The notes below the pieces were generated by a model. The model did not search any database. It was not told where the DNA came from and saw nothing but the letters and a program-made list of their open reading frames with translations. From assembly GCA_034530615.2 (NCBI GenBank), contig JAVRCV020000034.1, positions 92,344 to 156,343 of the forward strand: a stretch of 64,000 nt of DNA. The letters run 5' to 3'. Position 1 is the first letter of the stretch. The number at the start of each line of letters is the position of its first letter. The DNA is from Aulosira sp. ZfuVER01. GTDB taxonomy: Bacteria; Cyanobacteriota; Cyanobacteriia; Cyanobacteriales; Nostocaceae. Below are positions 21,156-32,618 of this stretch, piece by piece. The position numbers and the translations under genes were made by a program.

Positions 21156-21641
21156 ATGAGTACCACAATTTCTGACATTGCAGTTAAAACAATCAACGGT
21201 GAGGAAAAGCAACTTAGTGAGTACGCTGGCAAGGTACTCTTAATTGTGAATGTAGCTTCCTACTGTGGTTACACTCCCCAATATGAGGGACTAGAAAAGT
21301 TGAACCAAGAGTATAGAGAAGCTGGACTAAGGATTCTGGCTTTTCCTTCTAATGATTTTGGAGCGCAGGAACCTGGAAGCAATGAAGAGATTGCACAATT
21401 CTGCACAAGTAACTATGGAGTTACTTTTGAACTGTTCGATAAAGTTAATGCCAAAAGTTTGCCACAGCACCCACTTTATGCTCGACTCACCAATACAGTT
21501 GAACCAACAGGGCCTGTAGCTTGGAATTTTGAAAAATTCGTCATCAATAAGCAAGGTGAAGTAGTGGCTCGTTTTAAGAGTAGTGTTAAACCATATTCAC
21601 CAGAATTAATTGCCACAATCGAAAGTGAATTAGCAAAATAA
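21156..21641 (+). CDS. gpx: Glutathione peroxidase family (Cys-type)
   Basis: VNVASYCG, FPSNDFGAQEPG, WNFEKF. Confidence 0.93.
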   Translation: MSTTISDIAVKTINGEEKQLSEYAGKVLLIVNVASYCGYTPQYEGLEKLNQEYREAGLRILAFPSNDFGAQEPGSNEEIAQFCTSNYGVTFELFDKVNAKSLPQHPLYARLTNTVEPTGPVAWNFEKFVINKQGEVVARFKSSVKPYSPELIATIESELAK

Positions 21642-21692
21642 ATTCAAAATAGAAGGTTTTGCAACCAGATATTAATTTGGATCTCAATAGTC

Positions 21693-22517
21693 ATGAATAT
21701 TGCAATCATTGGTTGTGGTTATGTAGGTTGTGCAGTTGCTCAATATTGGCATGAGAAAGCAAATTTTGTGATAACAGCAACCACCACTACACCTACACGA
21801 GTACCCGTACTAGAAGCATTAGCCCAAAAAGTAATCGTAACTAAAGGCAACGATATAGAAGGTCTAAAATCAGCATTACAAAATCAAGATGTGGTGCTGT
21901 TAAGTGTTGCTGCTAAAGGTGCAGACTTTTATGAAGAGGCCTATTTACAAACAGCTAAAAACTTAGTGTCTATTTTACCAGAAATTTCGAGTATCAAGCA
22001 ATTGATATATACAGGAAGTTATTCTGTATATGGTGATAGAAATGGTGGAGTTGTAGATGAAGAAACAACTGTTATGCCTAAGAGTCCAGGTGCTAAAATT
22101 CTCCGCGAAACTGAAGAGGTTTTGCTATCAGCAACCAATGAAAATCTCCGCATCTGCATTTTGCGCTTGGGAGGTATTTACGGTACTGGTAGGGAACTGA
22201 TAAAAATATTTGGTCGCTTTGCTGGGACAACTCGCCCTGGTAATGGGAATGACATCACGAATTGGGTTCATCTTGATGATATTGTTGGGGCTATTGAGTT
22301 TGCGCGTCAACACAATTTACAAGGTATTTATAACCTAGTAGATGATGCCCATCTCATTAGTCGAGAATTTTTTGATACTCTGCTAACAAAACACAATTTT
22401 CCTCAGATTATGTGGGATGCTTCCCTTGAGAGTAATCGTCAATATAATGCTTGGGTATCTAATCAAAAAATCAAAGATGCTGGATATCAGCTAATCCATC
22501 CACAAATGATTTTTTAA
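21693..22517 (+). CDS. NAD(P)-dependent epimerase/dehydratase-like SDR
   Basis: IIGCGYVG, SVYGD, LRLGGIYG, NWVHLDDI. Confidence 0.85.
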   Translation: MNIAIIGCGYVGCAVAQYWHEKANFVITATTTTPTRVPVLEALAQKVIVTKGNDIEGLKSALQNQDVVLLSVAAKGADFYEEAYLQTAKNLVSILPEISSIKQLIYTGSYSVYGDRNGGVVDEETTVMPKSPGAKILRETEEVLLSATNENLRICILRLGGIYGTGRELIKIFGRFAGTTRPGNGNDITNWVHLDDIVGAIEFARQHNLQGIYNLVDDAHLISREFFDTLLTKHNFPQIMWDASLESNRQYNAWVSNQKIKDAGYQLIHPQMIF

Positions 22518-22536
22518 CCAATGAGGCTGGTATATT

Positions 22537-23466
22537 ATGCAATCATCTAATGATGTGCGATCACTAGGTACTATAGCATCTCCTACTCAATTTTACACTT
22601 GGCGTAATTATCGCTGTGCCTACGAAGTGCAGCAACCAAATAATTCCCATCCTCAAGGTATTCCTCTACTATTAATTCATCCTATTGGTGTGGGTTTATC
22701 GCGGCAATTTTGGCAACGATTTTGCCGTGAATGGTATAACATGGGATATCAAAATCAAATTTATAATCCTGATTTATTGGGATGTGGTGAAAGTGATATG
22801 CCCCATGTTGCTTACACTCCTGATGATTGGGCAGAACAATTACAGTATTTCTTGCAAACAGTGGTGCAAAAACCTGTAATTGTATTGGTGCAAGGTGGTT
22901 TATTACCGATTGCGCTGAGATTAATTAAAAAAGAACCAAAGTTAATTCACTCCCTGATATTTTCTGGGCCTCCAGCTTGGGCTATCATCACTAAAAAAGT
23001 ACCAACATGGCGGCAGAAACTAGCTTGGAATCTCTTTGACTCACCCTTTGGTAATGCTTTTTATCGTTATGCACGCACTACAAAGTTTTTGCGTTCTTTT
23101 TCAACGCGCCAACTTTTTGCCTCTGGCGATACGGTTGATTCAGAATGGTTAGATACTTTAGTTGCAGGTGCAAAAAATACCGCCAGCCGCCATGCAGTAT
23201 TTTCATTTTTATCAAGCTTTTGGCGACAGGATTATAGTAGCGAAATCGCCTCTATTCAGCAACCAACATTAGTAGTTGTGGGAGACAAAGCATCAAGTAT
23301 TAGTCGAGAAGGTAAAGCCGAAGCCCCGGATGAACGTTTAGCTGATTACTTAACCCATTTACAGCAAGGGTACGGAATTAAAATAGCTGGGCGCAATGTT
23401 CTACCATACGAATCGACAAGTGAATTTGTTAGTGCGATCGCACCTTTTATCGATGAACTCACTTAG
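22537..23466 (+). CDS. Alpha/beta fold protein lacking the canonical nucleophile
   Basis: LIHPIGVG, DLLGCGES, PTLVVVG; elbow is VQGG and the His position reads RNVLPYE. Confidence 0.8.
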   Translation: MQSSNDVRSLGTIASPTQFYTWRNYRCAYEVQQPNNSHPQGIPLLLIHPIGVGLSRQFWQRFCREWYNMGYQNQIYNPDLLGCGESDMPHVAYTPDDWAEQLQYFLQTVVQKPVIVLVQGGLLPIALRLIKKEPKLIHSLIFSGPPAWAIITKKVPTWRQKLAWNLFDSPFGNAFYRYARTTKFLRSFSTRQLFASGDTVDSEWLDTLVAGAKNTASRHAVFSFLSSFWRQDYSSEIASIQQPTLVVVGDKASSISREGKAEAPDERLADYLTHLQQGYGIKIAGRNVLPYESTSEFVSAIAPFIDELT

Positions 23467-23617
23467 GCATTTCTTACTCAAGCAAGTTGCACACTGATTG
23501 ACAATTATACTAGTATATCTGCGCAGAAATAAAATCTTGCTGCAAAACAGTGCCAAAAGCCTAGAGTAAATATCTTTGAACTTTTGACACTATTAATTGA
23601 TTATTTCAGGAGGCCTA

Positions 23618-24352
23618 ATGTTATCCAACCGCCGAGGACAACGAGTTCCCAATGTTACATTTCGTACTCGCCAGAACAATCAGTGGGTAGATGTGACTAC
23701 CGATGAACTGTTTGCTGATAAGACAGTGGTTGTCTTCTCCTTACCAGGTGCTTTTACTCCCACTTGTTCTTCCACCCACCTACCTGGTTATAACCAGTTG
23801 GCTAATGTGTTTAAAGAAAATGGTGTGGATAACATTGTCTGTATTTCTGTCAATGATGCCTTTGTCATGAATGAATGGGCCAAAGACCAAGAAGCTAGTA
23901 ATATTACCTTAATACCTGATGGTAACGGTGAATTTACTGAAGGCATGGGAATGCTAGTAGATAAAACAGACCTGGGCTTTGGTAAACGCTCATGGCGCTA
24001 TTCCATGCTGGTAAAGAACGGTGTCATTGATAACATGTTCATTGAGCCAGAAGAGCCAGGAGATCCCTTTAAGGTATCTGATGCTGAGACAATGCTCAGG
24101 TATATTAACCCCGAAGCAGTGAAGCCTAAGCAGGTTTCTCTATTTACAAAAGTAGGTTGTCCTTACTGTGCGCGTGCTAAAGCATTGCTCAAGGAGCATG
24201 GTTTCGATTATGAAGAAATTGTTTTAGGTAAAGAGGTAACTACTCATTCTTTGAAAGCAGTTACAGGTGCGACAACAGTCCCCCAAGTATTTATCGATGG
24301 ACAACTGATTGGTGGTTCTGAGGCACTAGCAGCCTACTTTGGTGAAAACTAG
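23618..24352 (+). CDS. Hybrid peroxiredoxin (type II/Prx5)-glutaredoxin
   Basis: [24 protein letters not shown]-terminal CPYC and TVPQVFI; AGGAGG RBS. Confidence 0.95.
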   Translation: MLSNRRGQRVPNVTFRTRQNNQWVDVTTDELFADKTVVVFSLPGAFTPTCSSTHLPGYNQLANVFKENGVDNIVCISVNDAFVMNEWAKDQEASNITLIPDGNGEFTEGMGMLVDKTDLGFGKRSWRYSMLVKNGVIDNMFIEPEEPGDPFKVSDAETMLRYINPEAVKPKQVSLFTKVGCPYCARAKALLKEHGFDYEEIVLGKEVTTHSLKAVTGATTVPQVFIDGQLIGGSEALAAYFGEN

Positions 24353-24376
24353 ATTGTAGTTAATGATCTAAACTTC

Positions 24377-24407
24377 AGCGTTGCTCTTAACAAAGCAACG
24401 CTTTTTT
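24377..24407 (+). terminator. Intrinsic terminator after the Prx-Grx gene
   Basis: AGCGTTGCT...AGCAACGCT followed by a T-run. Confidence 0.75.
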
Positions 24408-24545
24408 GAAGTGAGCCATAGAACAGACTCCCTAGTAGTGGTAACGGCATAAAAGCAATTATTAAGCGCTTGAGTATCGCTCTAGCACGTATAGTTTGAC
24501 TCGAGCTTTAAATTCCCTATCGATTTTCTCATCTTGAGAAGCTTG

Positions 24546-24661
24546 ATACCAATTCAAGATGAAGATGCATATAATTAGCCTGCCTCCGCAGGCTTTGTTG
24601 TTTTAGCCTCAGACTTCTAGCCTGAGGGCGAATATAGCGCAACTTCACATAGAATTGGTAT
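24546..24661. mobile_element. MITE-like element with terminal inverted repeats and internal hairpins
   Basis: ATACCAATTC ... GAATTGGTAT (10-bp TIR); internal AGCCTGC..GCAGGCT and CCTCAG..CTGAGG. Confidence 0.6.
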
Positions 24662-24719
24662 TACTTCGGTTTGCTATGTATGCTAATAGGCACTGTTATA
24701 GGATTTTTTAAAGGTATTA

Positions 24720-24968
24720 ATGAAAATTATTAAAAGGCTTTTATTTAGTTTGTTCCTCAGCATTGTTACTTTCTTAGGAGTAATTATTTTTTGTATAACA
24801 ATGCTGAATGTGGTATCAACATTATTCAGATTATTTGAAATAGAGAACTTAGAACCATATTTCCCTGAAGCTTATAAGGCTATAAAAGTGTGTGCTGGAA
24901 TAGGTTCATTAATTGGTTTTCTTATTGGTTTGAAAATTGGTAAAACCGGATCTCAGATAAGTAACTAA
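24720..24968 (+). CDS. Small membrane protein
   Basis: 82 aa with two hydrophobic segments. Confidence 0.5.
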   Translation: MKIIKRLLFSLFLSIVTFLGVIIFCITMLNVVSTLFRLFEIENLEPYFPEAYKAIKVCAGIGSLIGFLIGLKIGKTGSQISN

Positions 24969-25475
24969 TCATTTATAAGACTCCTATTTGATTTGTGAAC
25001 AAAACTCCGTACACTTTTATTCCTTCTTCAAGGAAAAGCTACCTGTTTCCGTAATAATTTAAAGAAATGTAAATCTTTGTCTTTATGGCATAAATATCTC
25101 AAGCGTCACTGATAGGTAGAGAAAGCTTTGATTGGGGACTCTACTTCCAGATATCGATATGTGTTTCCCATGCATGGATTTTTGTCTAGATACCAATCCA
25201 AAATCTAAAATCCAAAATTATATGAGCGATCGCCAATTACAAATCTCATGCTGGGTTTAACTAAAATCTACCCAAGGATAGATGAAGAATTAGTCTAAGC
25301 CATTCAAAACAGAGTCAGCGAAACCGATTCATAGGTATTAATAATATCTAAACTTTTTCAACTTCAACTAGCTCTCAAATCTCACCAGCAAATATTTGAA
25401 AAAGCTGGTTTTTACTTCTGTGATTTTTCTCTATGAATTCCTGAATTTAACAAAATTTAGAAGGCAAGTATAGAG

Positions 25476-26771
25476 ATGAATACAAACACATATCTACCTG
25501 GTTTGAAGACAGCTTTAGAATTCCCGCTAGTAGAGGCTTTATTTGGTAGACGCGCTCGTCGGTTCTCTCTTGGTGCTGCGATTCCTGATGGTCCATTGGC
25601 ATTTACATCTCAGTATCAGCCTTTACCGCTTACAGAACTAGAGCAGATGATGGTTCTGACCGCCGCCGCAGGTAACACTGGCTGGCACCACATGATTACA
25701 CGTCACGCCAGATATGCTCCACATCTATCTAACTACTCGGCTGCGGCTGGAGGGCGTACCTTTCCTTCAGCCGCAGGTTTCCATACCACTGAAATCTTTT
25801 TTACTAATGACGAGGGAGTCTATCTTTTTGAAACCCGCGATGCACCTGCTTTAGTAGAACGACAAGCAGATGGGGAAATAAATCTAGATGAACTATTAGC
25901 AGTCCATCGCCAACGGATTCGCAAGTTGAGTGAAAATCGCTTACACATTCCGCCTGCTGAACCTTACATGGAAGGACACAATACTTGGTGTGTCAATCTT
26001 CCAGGAAGTCTGCTGATTATTCCTGTAGCCGACATTGCCCAACATACGATCGCTAACCTCTGCTTTTTGGTGCAAAACGGCTATTGCATCTATGACGATG
26101 TGAATCGAGAGCAGATTCCGGGGCTGGAAAAATTTCAACACTTGGTGAACCTAGACGCACCCTTCCCGATGACGTTCATCGATCAGTATTCCTTGACGGA
26201 AACTACTGCTGAACTTTCGACCAGTTGCTATGCAGGTATGCTGATGCTGCAAGCAATCGGGTTGGGTGGATGGATGTTCGATGGTATTGACCGCCACGTT
26301 GTATTGGGTGCAAGTGGCGATCCGGATGTACCAGGCTTGGGTTTCCGCTACGACACCGACGAACATTGGGCACTCCCTAACCCAACAGGTTTACCAGGAG
26401 TATTTGAGGCTTTTTGTCCGCCCCACTATCCCGATATGAGAACCGCCGTGGAAGCCTTTGTCAAGCGGAAGTTTGGTGCAGGTGGGCCATTCCACCCAGA
26501 AACACCAGGGCCTTGGAAAGAAACTGCCAAGGTGCGTGGCAGTGCAGAGGTTCACAGTGAAGAATTCAAGGAGTGTGTTGCCCTGATGGCGCAATACATC
26601 TATGACCGTTTCGGCAAATTCCCTGCCACGGTTTCCAGTGTGTTTATTCTCACTTATCTCCAGGCTCATCACTTGGATTTGGAGTTTTACGACCATCACT
26701 TCCAGCCGGGAGCCTACCTAAAGACTCATGCTCAACATCTGGTGAATTGGCATTCAACTACCGATATCTAG
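25476..26771 (+). CDS. Nitroreductase-fold / SagB-ThcOx-like flavoprotein (putative)
   Basis: RRARRF FMN-binding-like motif, RTFPSAAG, LQAIGLGGW. Confidence 0.55.
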   Translation: MNTNTYLPGLKTALEFPLVEALFGRRARRFSLGAAIPDGPLAFTSQYQPLPLTELEQMMVLTAAAGNTGWHHMITRHARYAPHLSNYSAAAGGRTFPSAAGFHTTEIFFTNDEGVYLFETRDAPALVERQADGEINLDELLAVHRQRIRKLSENRLHIPPAEPYMEGHNTWCVNLPGSLLIIPVADIAQHTIANLCFLVQNGYCIYDDVNREQIPGLEKFQHLVNLDAPFPMTFIDQYSLTETTAELSTSCYAGMLMLQAIGLGGWMFDGIDRHVVLGASGDPDVPGLGFRYDTDEHWALPNPTGLPGVFEAFCPPHYPDMRTAVEAFVKRKFGAGGPFHPETPGPWKETAKVRGSAEVHSEEFKECVALMAQYIYDRFGKFPATVSSVFILTYLQAHHLDLEFYDHHFQPGAYLKTHAQHLVNWHSTTDI

Positions 26772-26784
26772 CTCAGGAGAAATT

Positions 26785-28206
26785 ATGGTTAATTTGCACG
26801 TTGCTACTACCACAGGTGAAGAAACCGTTCTTGAAGAAGCAGCAGTAGCAGCATTCAAGGCCAGCCTGCACGGTGAGGTTTTGAGTCCTGGTGATGCAGA
26901 CTATGACAACGCCCGCAAAGTCTACAATGGCATGATTGACAAATACCCTCGTCTGATTGCACGTTGTACAAATGTGGAGGATGCGATCGCCTCTGTAAAT
27001 TTTGCCCGCGAACACAATCTGCTGGTTGCGATTCGTGGCGGCGGTCACAATGGTGCAGGTATGGCGATTTGCGATCGCGGCTTGGTTATCGATCTCTCAC
27101 CTATGAAGGGCATTAGCGTTAACTCTGTAGCTCATACAGTGCGGGTTGAAGGCGGTTGCACCTGGGGAGAAATGGATCGTGCAACCCATGAATTCGGTCT
27201 AGCTGTACCGAGTGGGATTGTCTCTAGTACTGGTGTTGCTGGCTTAACTTTGGGTGGCGGACATGGCTATTTGACTCGTAAATATGGTCTAACTATTGAC
27301 AATCTATTAGAAGCAGACATAGTCCTAGCAGATGGCCGTTTTGTTACCGCCAATACCCAAGAAAATGAGGATTTGTTTTGGGCGATTCGTGGCGGCGGCG
27401 GTAACTTTGGTGTTGTTACATCCTTTTTATTCAAAGCACATCCTCTCAGCACTGTTTATGCTGGCCCGATGCTGTGGGATTTGGATCGGGCCGTTGAAAT
27501 TATGCAGTGGTATCGGGAGTTCATCACCAACGCACCGGAAGATATGTATGGCTTCTTTGCCATGCTGAAAGTACCACCGGGGCCGCCATTCCCAGAACAC
27601 CTACACACTAAGACAATGTGCGGTATTATTTGGTGCTACACCGGAGCAGCAGAGAAAGCAGAAGAAGCATTCCAACCCATTCGCAACTTAAACCCAGCAT
27701 TTGAACACATTGGTTCAATACCCTATCCTGCTTTGCAGAGTATGTTCGATGCACTGATGCCATCAGGGTTGCAGTGGTACTGGAAGGGTGATTTTGTTAA
27801 CGAGTTGAGCGATGAAGCGATCGCACTACACGTGAAATATGGTTCGCAGATCCCAACATTGCTTTCAACTATGCACCTGTATCCCATTGATGGTGCAGTA
27901 CATCGAGTCGGTAAGAATGATACGGCTTTCAGTTTCCGTGATGCAAAGTGGTCAATGATTATGGCTGGTATCGATCCAGATCCAGCAAACGCGGAGAAGA
28001 TCACAACTTGGGCAAAGGAATATTGGAATGCATTGCATCCTTATTCCTGCGGCGCAGCATACGTTAATTTTATGATGGAGGAGGGTCAAGAGCGAGTCCA
28101 GGCTACTTACCGTGACAATTACCAGCGTCTAGTTGCGATCAAGAATCAGTACGATCCAACCAACCTATTCCGTGTCAATCAAAACATTAAGCCAATCGCA
28201 AATTAG
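26785..28206 (+). CDS. FAD-linked oxidoreductase (berberine-bridge/VAO family)
   Basis: IRGGGH covalent-FAD motif, DLFWAIRGGGGNFGVVT, YVNF, KNQYDPTNLF. Confidence 0.92.
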   Translation: MVNLHVATTTGEETVLEEAAVAAFKASLHGEVLSPGDADYDNARKVYNGMIDKYPRLIARCTNVEDAIASVNFAREHNLLVAIRGGGHNGAGMAICDRGLVIDLSPMKGISVNSVAHTVRVEGGCTWGEMDRATHEFGLAVPSGIVSSTGVAGLTLGGGHGYLTRKYGLTIDNLLEADIVLADGRFVTANTQENEDLFWAIRGGGGNFGVVTSFLFKAHPLSTVYAGPMLWDLDRAVEIMQWYREFITNAPEDMYGFFAMLKVPPGPPFPEHLHTKTMCGIIWCYTGAAEKAEEAFQPIRNLNPAFEHIGSIPYPALQSMFDALMPSGLQWYWKGDFVNELSDEAIALHVKYGSQIPTLLSTMHLYPIDGAVHRVGKNDTAFSFRDAKWSMIMAGIDPDPANAEKITTWAKEYWNALHPYSCGAAYVNFMMEEGQERVQATYRDNYQRLVAIKNQYDPTNLFRVNQNIKPIAN

Positions 28207-28245
28207 ACCATTTAATTATGGTGTCCAGCAAATTACACTCAATAT

Positions 28246-28342
28246 GTCATTGCGAGTGAAACGCAGTGGAACGACGCAATCGCAAGGGTTGAGATTGCGA
28301 CTCTGCGAGTTCTCCTGTGGAGTACCCTCTGGTCGCAATGAC
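28246..28342. repeat. Palindromic element of the GTCATTGCGA...TCGCAATGAC type
   Basis: 10-bp terminal inverted repeat; internal CGCAATC/GATTGCG stem. Confidence 0.75.
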
Positions 28343-28430
28343 GGTCGTTTGAACGGATAGCCTAAATTTATGGAGTGTAAGCGTCAATCTCAAGGGTGAC
28401 GCTTACACTTTTTAACTTATCCGAATAGCT

Positions 28431-30047
28431 TTAATTGCTTTTGCCATTCTCCTGAAGTTGCTGCAATTGCACATCATTGATCCAAATTGCCTGCTGGGGT
28501 ACAGGAATGGTGATTCCGGCTTGGTCGAAGGCGACTTTGAGACGGCGACGATACTCCCGTGCTACATCCCATTGCTTGAGAGGTTGTGTTTTAATCCACA
28601 CACGAATAATTAAACCGCGATCGCCAAAATTATCAACCCCTAAAACTTTAGGTGTTTCTACAATCTGATGTTGCCATAAGGGGTCTTCATCCATCTCTAA
28701 GGCAATAGTGCTAATTAACTTCAAAACTTCGTCAATATCAGCCTGGTAGTCTACTGGAATCGTTAAATCGGCTCTTGACCAACGACTAGAAAGATTGGCA
28801 ACGATTTTGATTTCGCTATTAGGAATCGTGATTAACCGTCCTTCGGAATCTCGGACTTGAGTCATCCGCAAATTGAGATTTTCTACTAAGCCTCCCACGG
28901 TTCCGACATTAATCACATCGCCTAAAGCATACTGGTCTTCGAGGATGATCAGAAAACCGTTAATCGCATCTTTAATTAGGTTTTGCGAAGCTAGGGAGAC
29001 TGCAACACCGACTAAACTCGCACCAGCTAACAAGGGAACGATATCTATTCCCAAGGCGATTAGTGCTAGGAAAAAGCCCACTGTCACACAGGTAAGAGTC
29101 GCAATACTTTTAGTCACACCCGAAAATGTGGAAACTCTCAGTTGCAAACGTTCAGAGGTTTCCGAATTGAACAAAGCACCACTGCTGATCAGAGTGGAGG
29201 TAAAGCGGTCAATTAACGCATAGCTGAAACGGATTGCTACATAAGTTCCCAATGCCACAATACCCAATCTCAGGGGAATTTGGGCAGCAGAGAGAATTCC
29301 TAACTGAAAAACTCTTGTATAGGGAAATAGACCCAAAATTATGAATGTGCCACCTCCCCAAATTCCAGCTTGAGTCAGCTGAAACAGTCGTTTCTTGACT
29401 TCGTGTAAATGCTGATGTTGCTGTTGATTTAGTTGAGTGGTAATTGGTTGCGTTTGGCGAGAAGTTGGGGGGACAGGATGTAGGAGATGTTGTTGAGAAC
29501 GGCGCTGCCAACAATATACTCCCCAACTCGTGACAATCATTGCCAGTCCAATGCCAGCAGCTATTTTACCTTGATCGATTAAAAATTGCGTGTTGCGTTC
29601 TCGCTTCGCCCGTTGCAACGCCTCTTGCAATGTATCTGTGATTTGATTTGCTGAAAGTGTTGCATCTTCCTCTCGCAGTCTCGCGTCTTCGGAAGTGACA
29701 GTCATTAGGTATTGACCGTTGATTGTAATTACAGGTGCATCTTTGGCTTTTTGCACCTGTACATTAACTGTTTGTGCAGATGAACGCAGGTAATTTTGGC
29801 TAATTTCATTCAAGTTTTGTTGAATATTTTGCGATCGCTCTGGAAAGTTAGCTCTTGTAGCCGCTATCTGGAACAACCTACGACCATCTAAATAGATCCA
29901 GCCACTAACAATTCTATTGTCTGAATCTTTACTTACACTACTAGGAGTTGGCAAGTTAGGTAAAAAGGGAATCTGGGCTGTAGCTTTTGGAACAGATACA
30001 ACGGCGATCGCCATTGAACCTGCAAGCGCCAAAAATTTCAAGCGCAC
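28431..30047 (-). CDS. MscS-family mechanosensitive channel with N-terminal periplasmic domain
   Basis: Signal peptide; SQNLIKDAINGFLIILEDQYALGDVI, IPNSEI, WDVAREYRRRLK. Confidence 0.9.
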   Translation of the reverse strand: MRLKFLALAGSMAIAVVSVPKATAQIPFLPNLPTPSSVSKDSDNRIVSGWIYLDGRRLFQIAATRANFPERSQNIQQNLNEISQNYLRSSAQTVNVQVQKAKDAPVITINGQYLMTVTSEDARLREEDATLSANQITDTLQEALQRAKRERNTQFLIDQGKIAAGIGLAMIVTSWGVYCWQRRSQQHLLHPVPPTSRQTQPITTQLNQQQHQHLHEVKKRLFQLTQAGIWGGGTFIILGLFPYTRVFQLGILSAAQIPLRLGIVALGTYVAIRFSYALIDRFTSTLISSGALFNSETSERLQLRVSTFSGVTKSIATLTCVTVGFFLALIALGIDIVPLLAGASLVGVAVSLASQNLIKDAINGFLIILEDQYALGDVINVGTVGGLVENLNLRMTQVRDSEGRLITIPNSEIKIVANLSSRWSRADLTIPVDYQADIDEVLKLISTIALEMDEDPLWQHQIVETPKVLGVDNFGDRGLIIRVWIKTQPLKQWDVAREYRRRLKVAFDQAGITIPVPQQAIWINDVQLQQLQENGKSN

Positions 30048-30548
30048 TCCAACACCTCCTTGCTTAGAATCTCTTGTTGAACACCCCCTAGGCTATCCTC
30101 CACAATAAATTTCAGCAAATGTACTTGTCTAAAGTTCAATCCCTCTAGGTGATAGATTTTTCACCTTGGATATTTTATATCTTTAGGCAGATGACATCAT
30201 ACTGTTTTTATTGCGGGTAATAACCACAGGAGTTTTTGATATTACTCCGATCAAGGATAAATCAAAAACGAAAAAAGTATAAAGAAAAAACTCAGTACGC
30301 ACTTAGCAGCCAGTGGCGCTAGCGCAGTTTTCAACGCAAGTCGGCGGGAAATTATATCTGTGGGTGGAGTTTTTCATTTCCTACTTCATAATTCATACAA
30401 AGCGCCTTCAGTTGACATTACTGCGATCGAGCGTCAAGCTAGTTGACAGAACCATCGACTAGTGTTTGGAGATTACAGCCAAAAATCGCAAGTCGTGGAA
30501 TAATCTATTAGGATACGTAAAGACTACGTACCTTTTTTGACTTTTTAG

Positions 30549-31838
<1,290 letters not shown>

Positions 31839-31885
31839 AGCGAACCCTGAAAGTTTAGGGTTGCAGCTATAACTTAATTTTTGAC

Positions 31886-31915
31886 TGGGATGGGCAAATT
31901 GCCTATCCCATTTTT
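31886..31915 (+). terminator. Intrinsic terminator after ahcY
   Basis: TGGGATGGGCAA-A-TTGCCTATCCCA followed by TTTTT. Confidence 0.7.
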
Positions 31916-32009
31916 ATGTGTTTAATACCAATACTTCATAAAGATGCACTAAATTTTTGGTGTTGCTAAACTAGACATGAAATTTGCTCACTGCTCCGCA
32001 TCTTGAGCA

Positions 32010-32618
32010 CTAAGGGATTACTTGAGTTTTATCACAAAGACAGATGATCCGATTTACAAAAGCTTTTAGTTCTGGACAGGCCTGAATAGCAATCATCAAA
32101 TCGTTGTCCTTCAAAATCTTTGCCCCATGAATAGGCTTATTATAGTCTTGGCGTCCTCCTGATTTGAAAATTTCCTTAATCCAGTATGAAGGAGGTTTTT
32201 GGTGATTCACCGTTTCGGGAAATCCACTAGGAGCAGAGCGATTATGTTTGGCTAAGGATTGGATAGTTTTCCAGTATGGAAGAAGCCATGCTTCAAAGTC
32301 ATGTAGTGCTGTGTGGGGATAAAATTTGGGGTTGTTCCCAACCCAATTCATCATTTGGGCTTTAGCATCAGCCGCATCTTGAAAATCATTAGTTCCTGTA
32401 TAAACGTCTGTGAGCGCAATTACAGCATCATAAGCACTATTGCCAGTCAGTAAATTTTCAACTACACGCTTGAGTTTTTCTTCTTTAGGAATTCGACCAT
32501 TTTGCGGAATAAACTTAAGTCTTGGCATGTGTTGCCCTAAACGAGTTTGGAGAACCTCACGCAATTTTTCTTTAAAAGCTACCTCGGTAGCCCCTTCAAC
32601 CAAAATAGCAATGTTCAT
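32010..32618 (-). CDS. DUF4276-like (TOPRIM-like) protein
   Basis: ILVEGATE, LTDVY, HDFEAWLL, PETVN, YNKPIHG, CPELKAF; ATGA overlap with the upstream ATPase. Confidence 0.75.
   Translation of the reverse strand: MNIAILVEGATEVAFKEKLREVLQTRLGQHMPRLKFIPQNGRIPKEEKLKRVVENLLTGNSAYDAVIALTDVYTGTNDFQDAADAKAQMMNWVGNNPKFYPHTALHDFEAWLLPYWKTIQSLAKHNRSAPSGFPETVNHQKPPSYWIKEIFKSGGRQDYNKPIHGAKILKDNDLMIAIQACPELKAFVNRIICLCDKTQVIP

Noticed and set aside
21156..21641. Selenocysteine in gpx
   Set aside because: The active-site codon is TGT (Cys), and there is no in-frame TGA.
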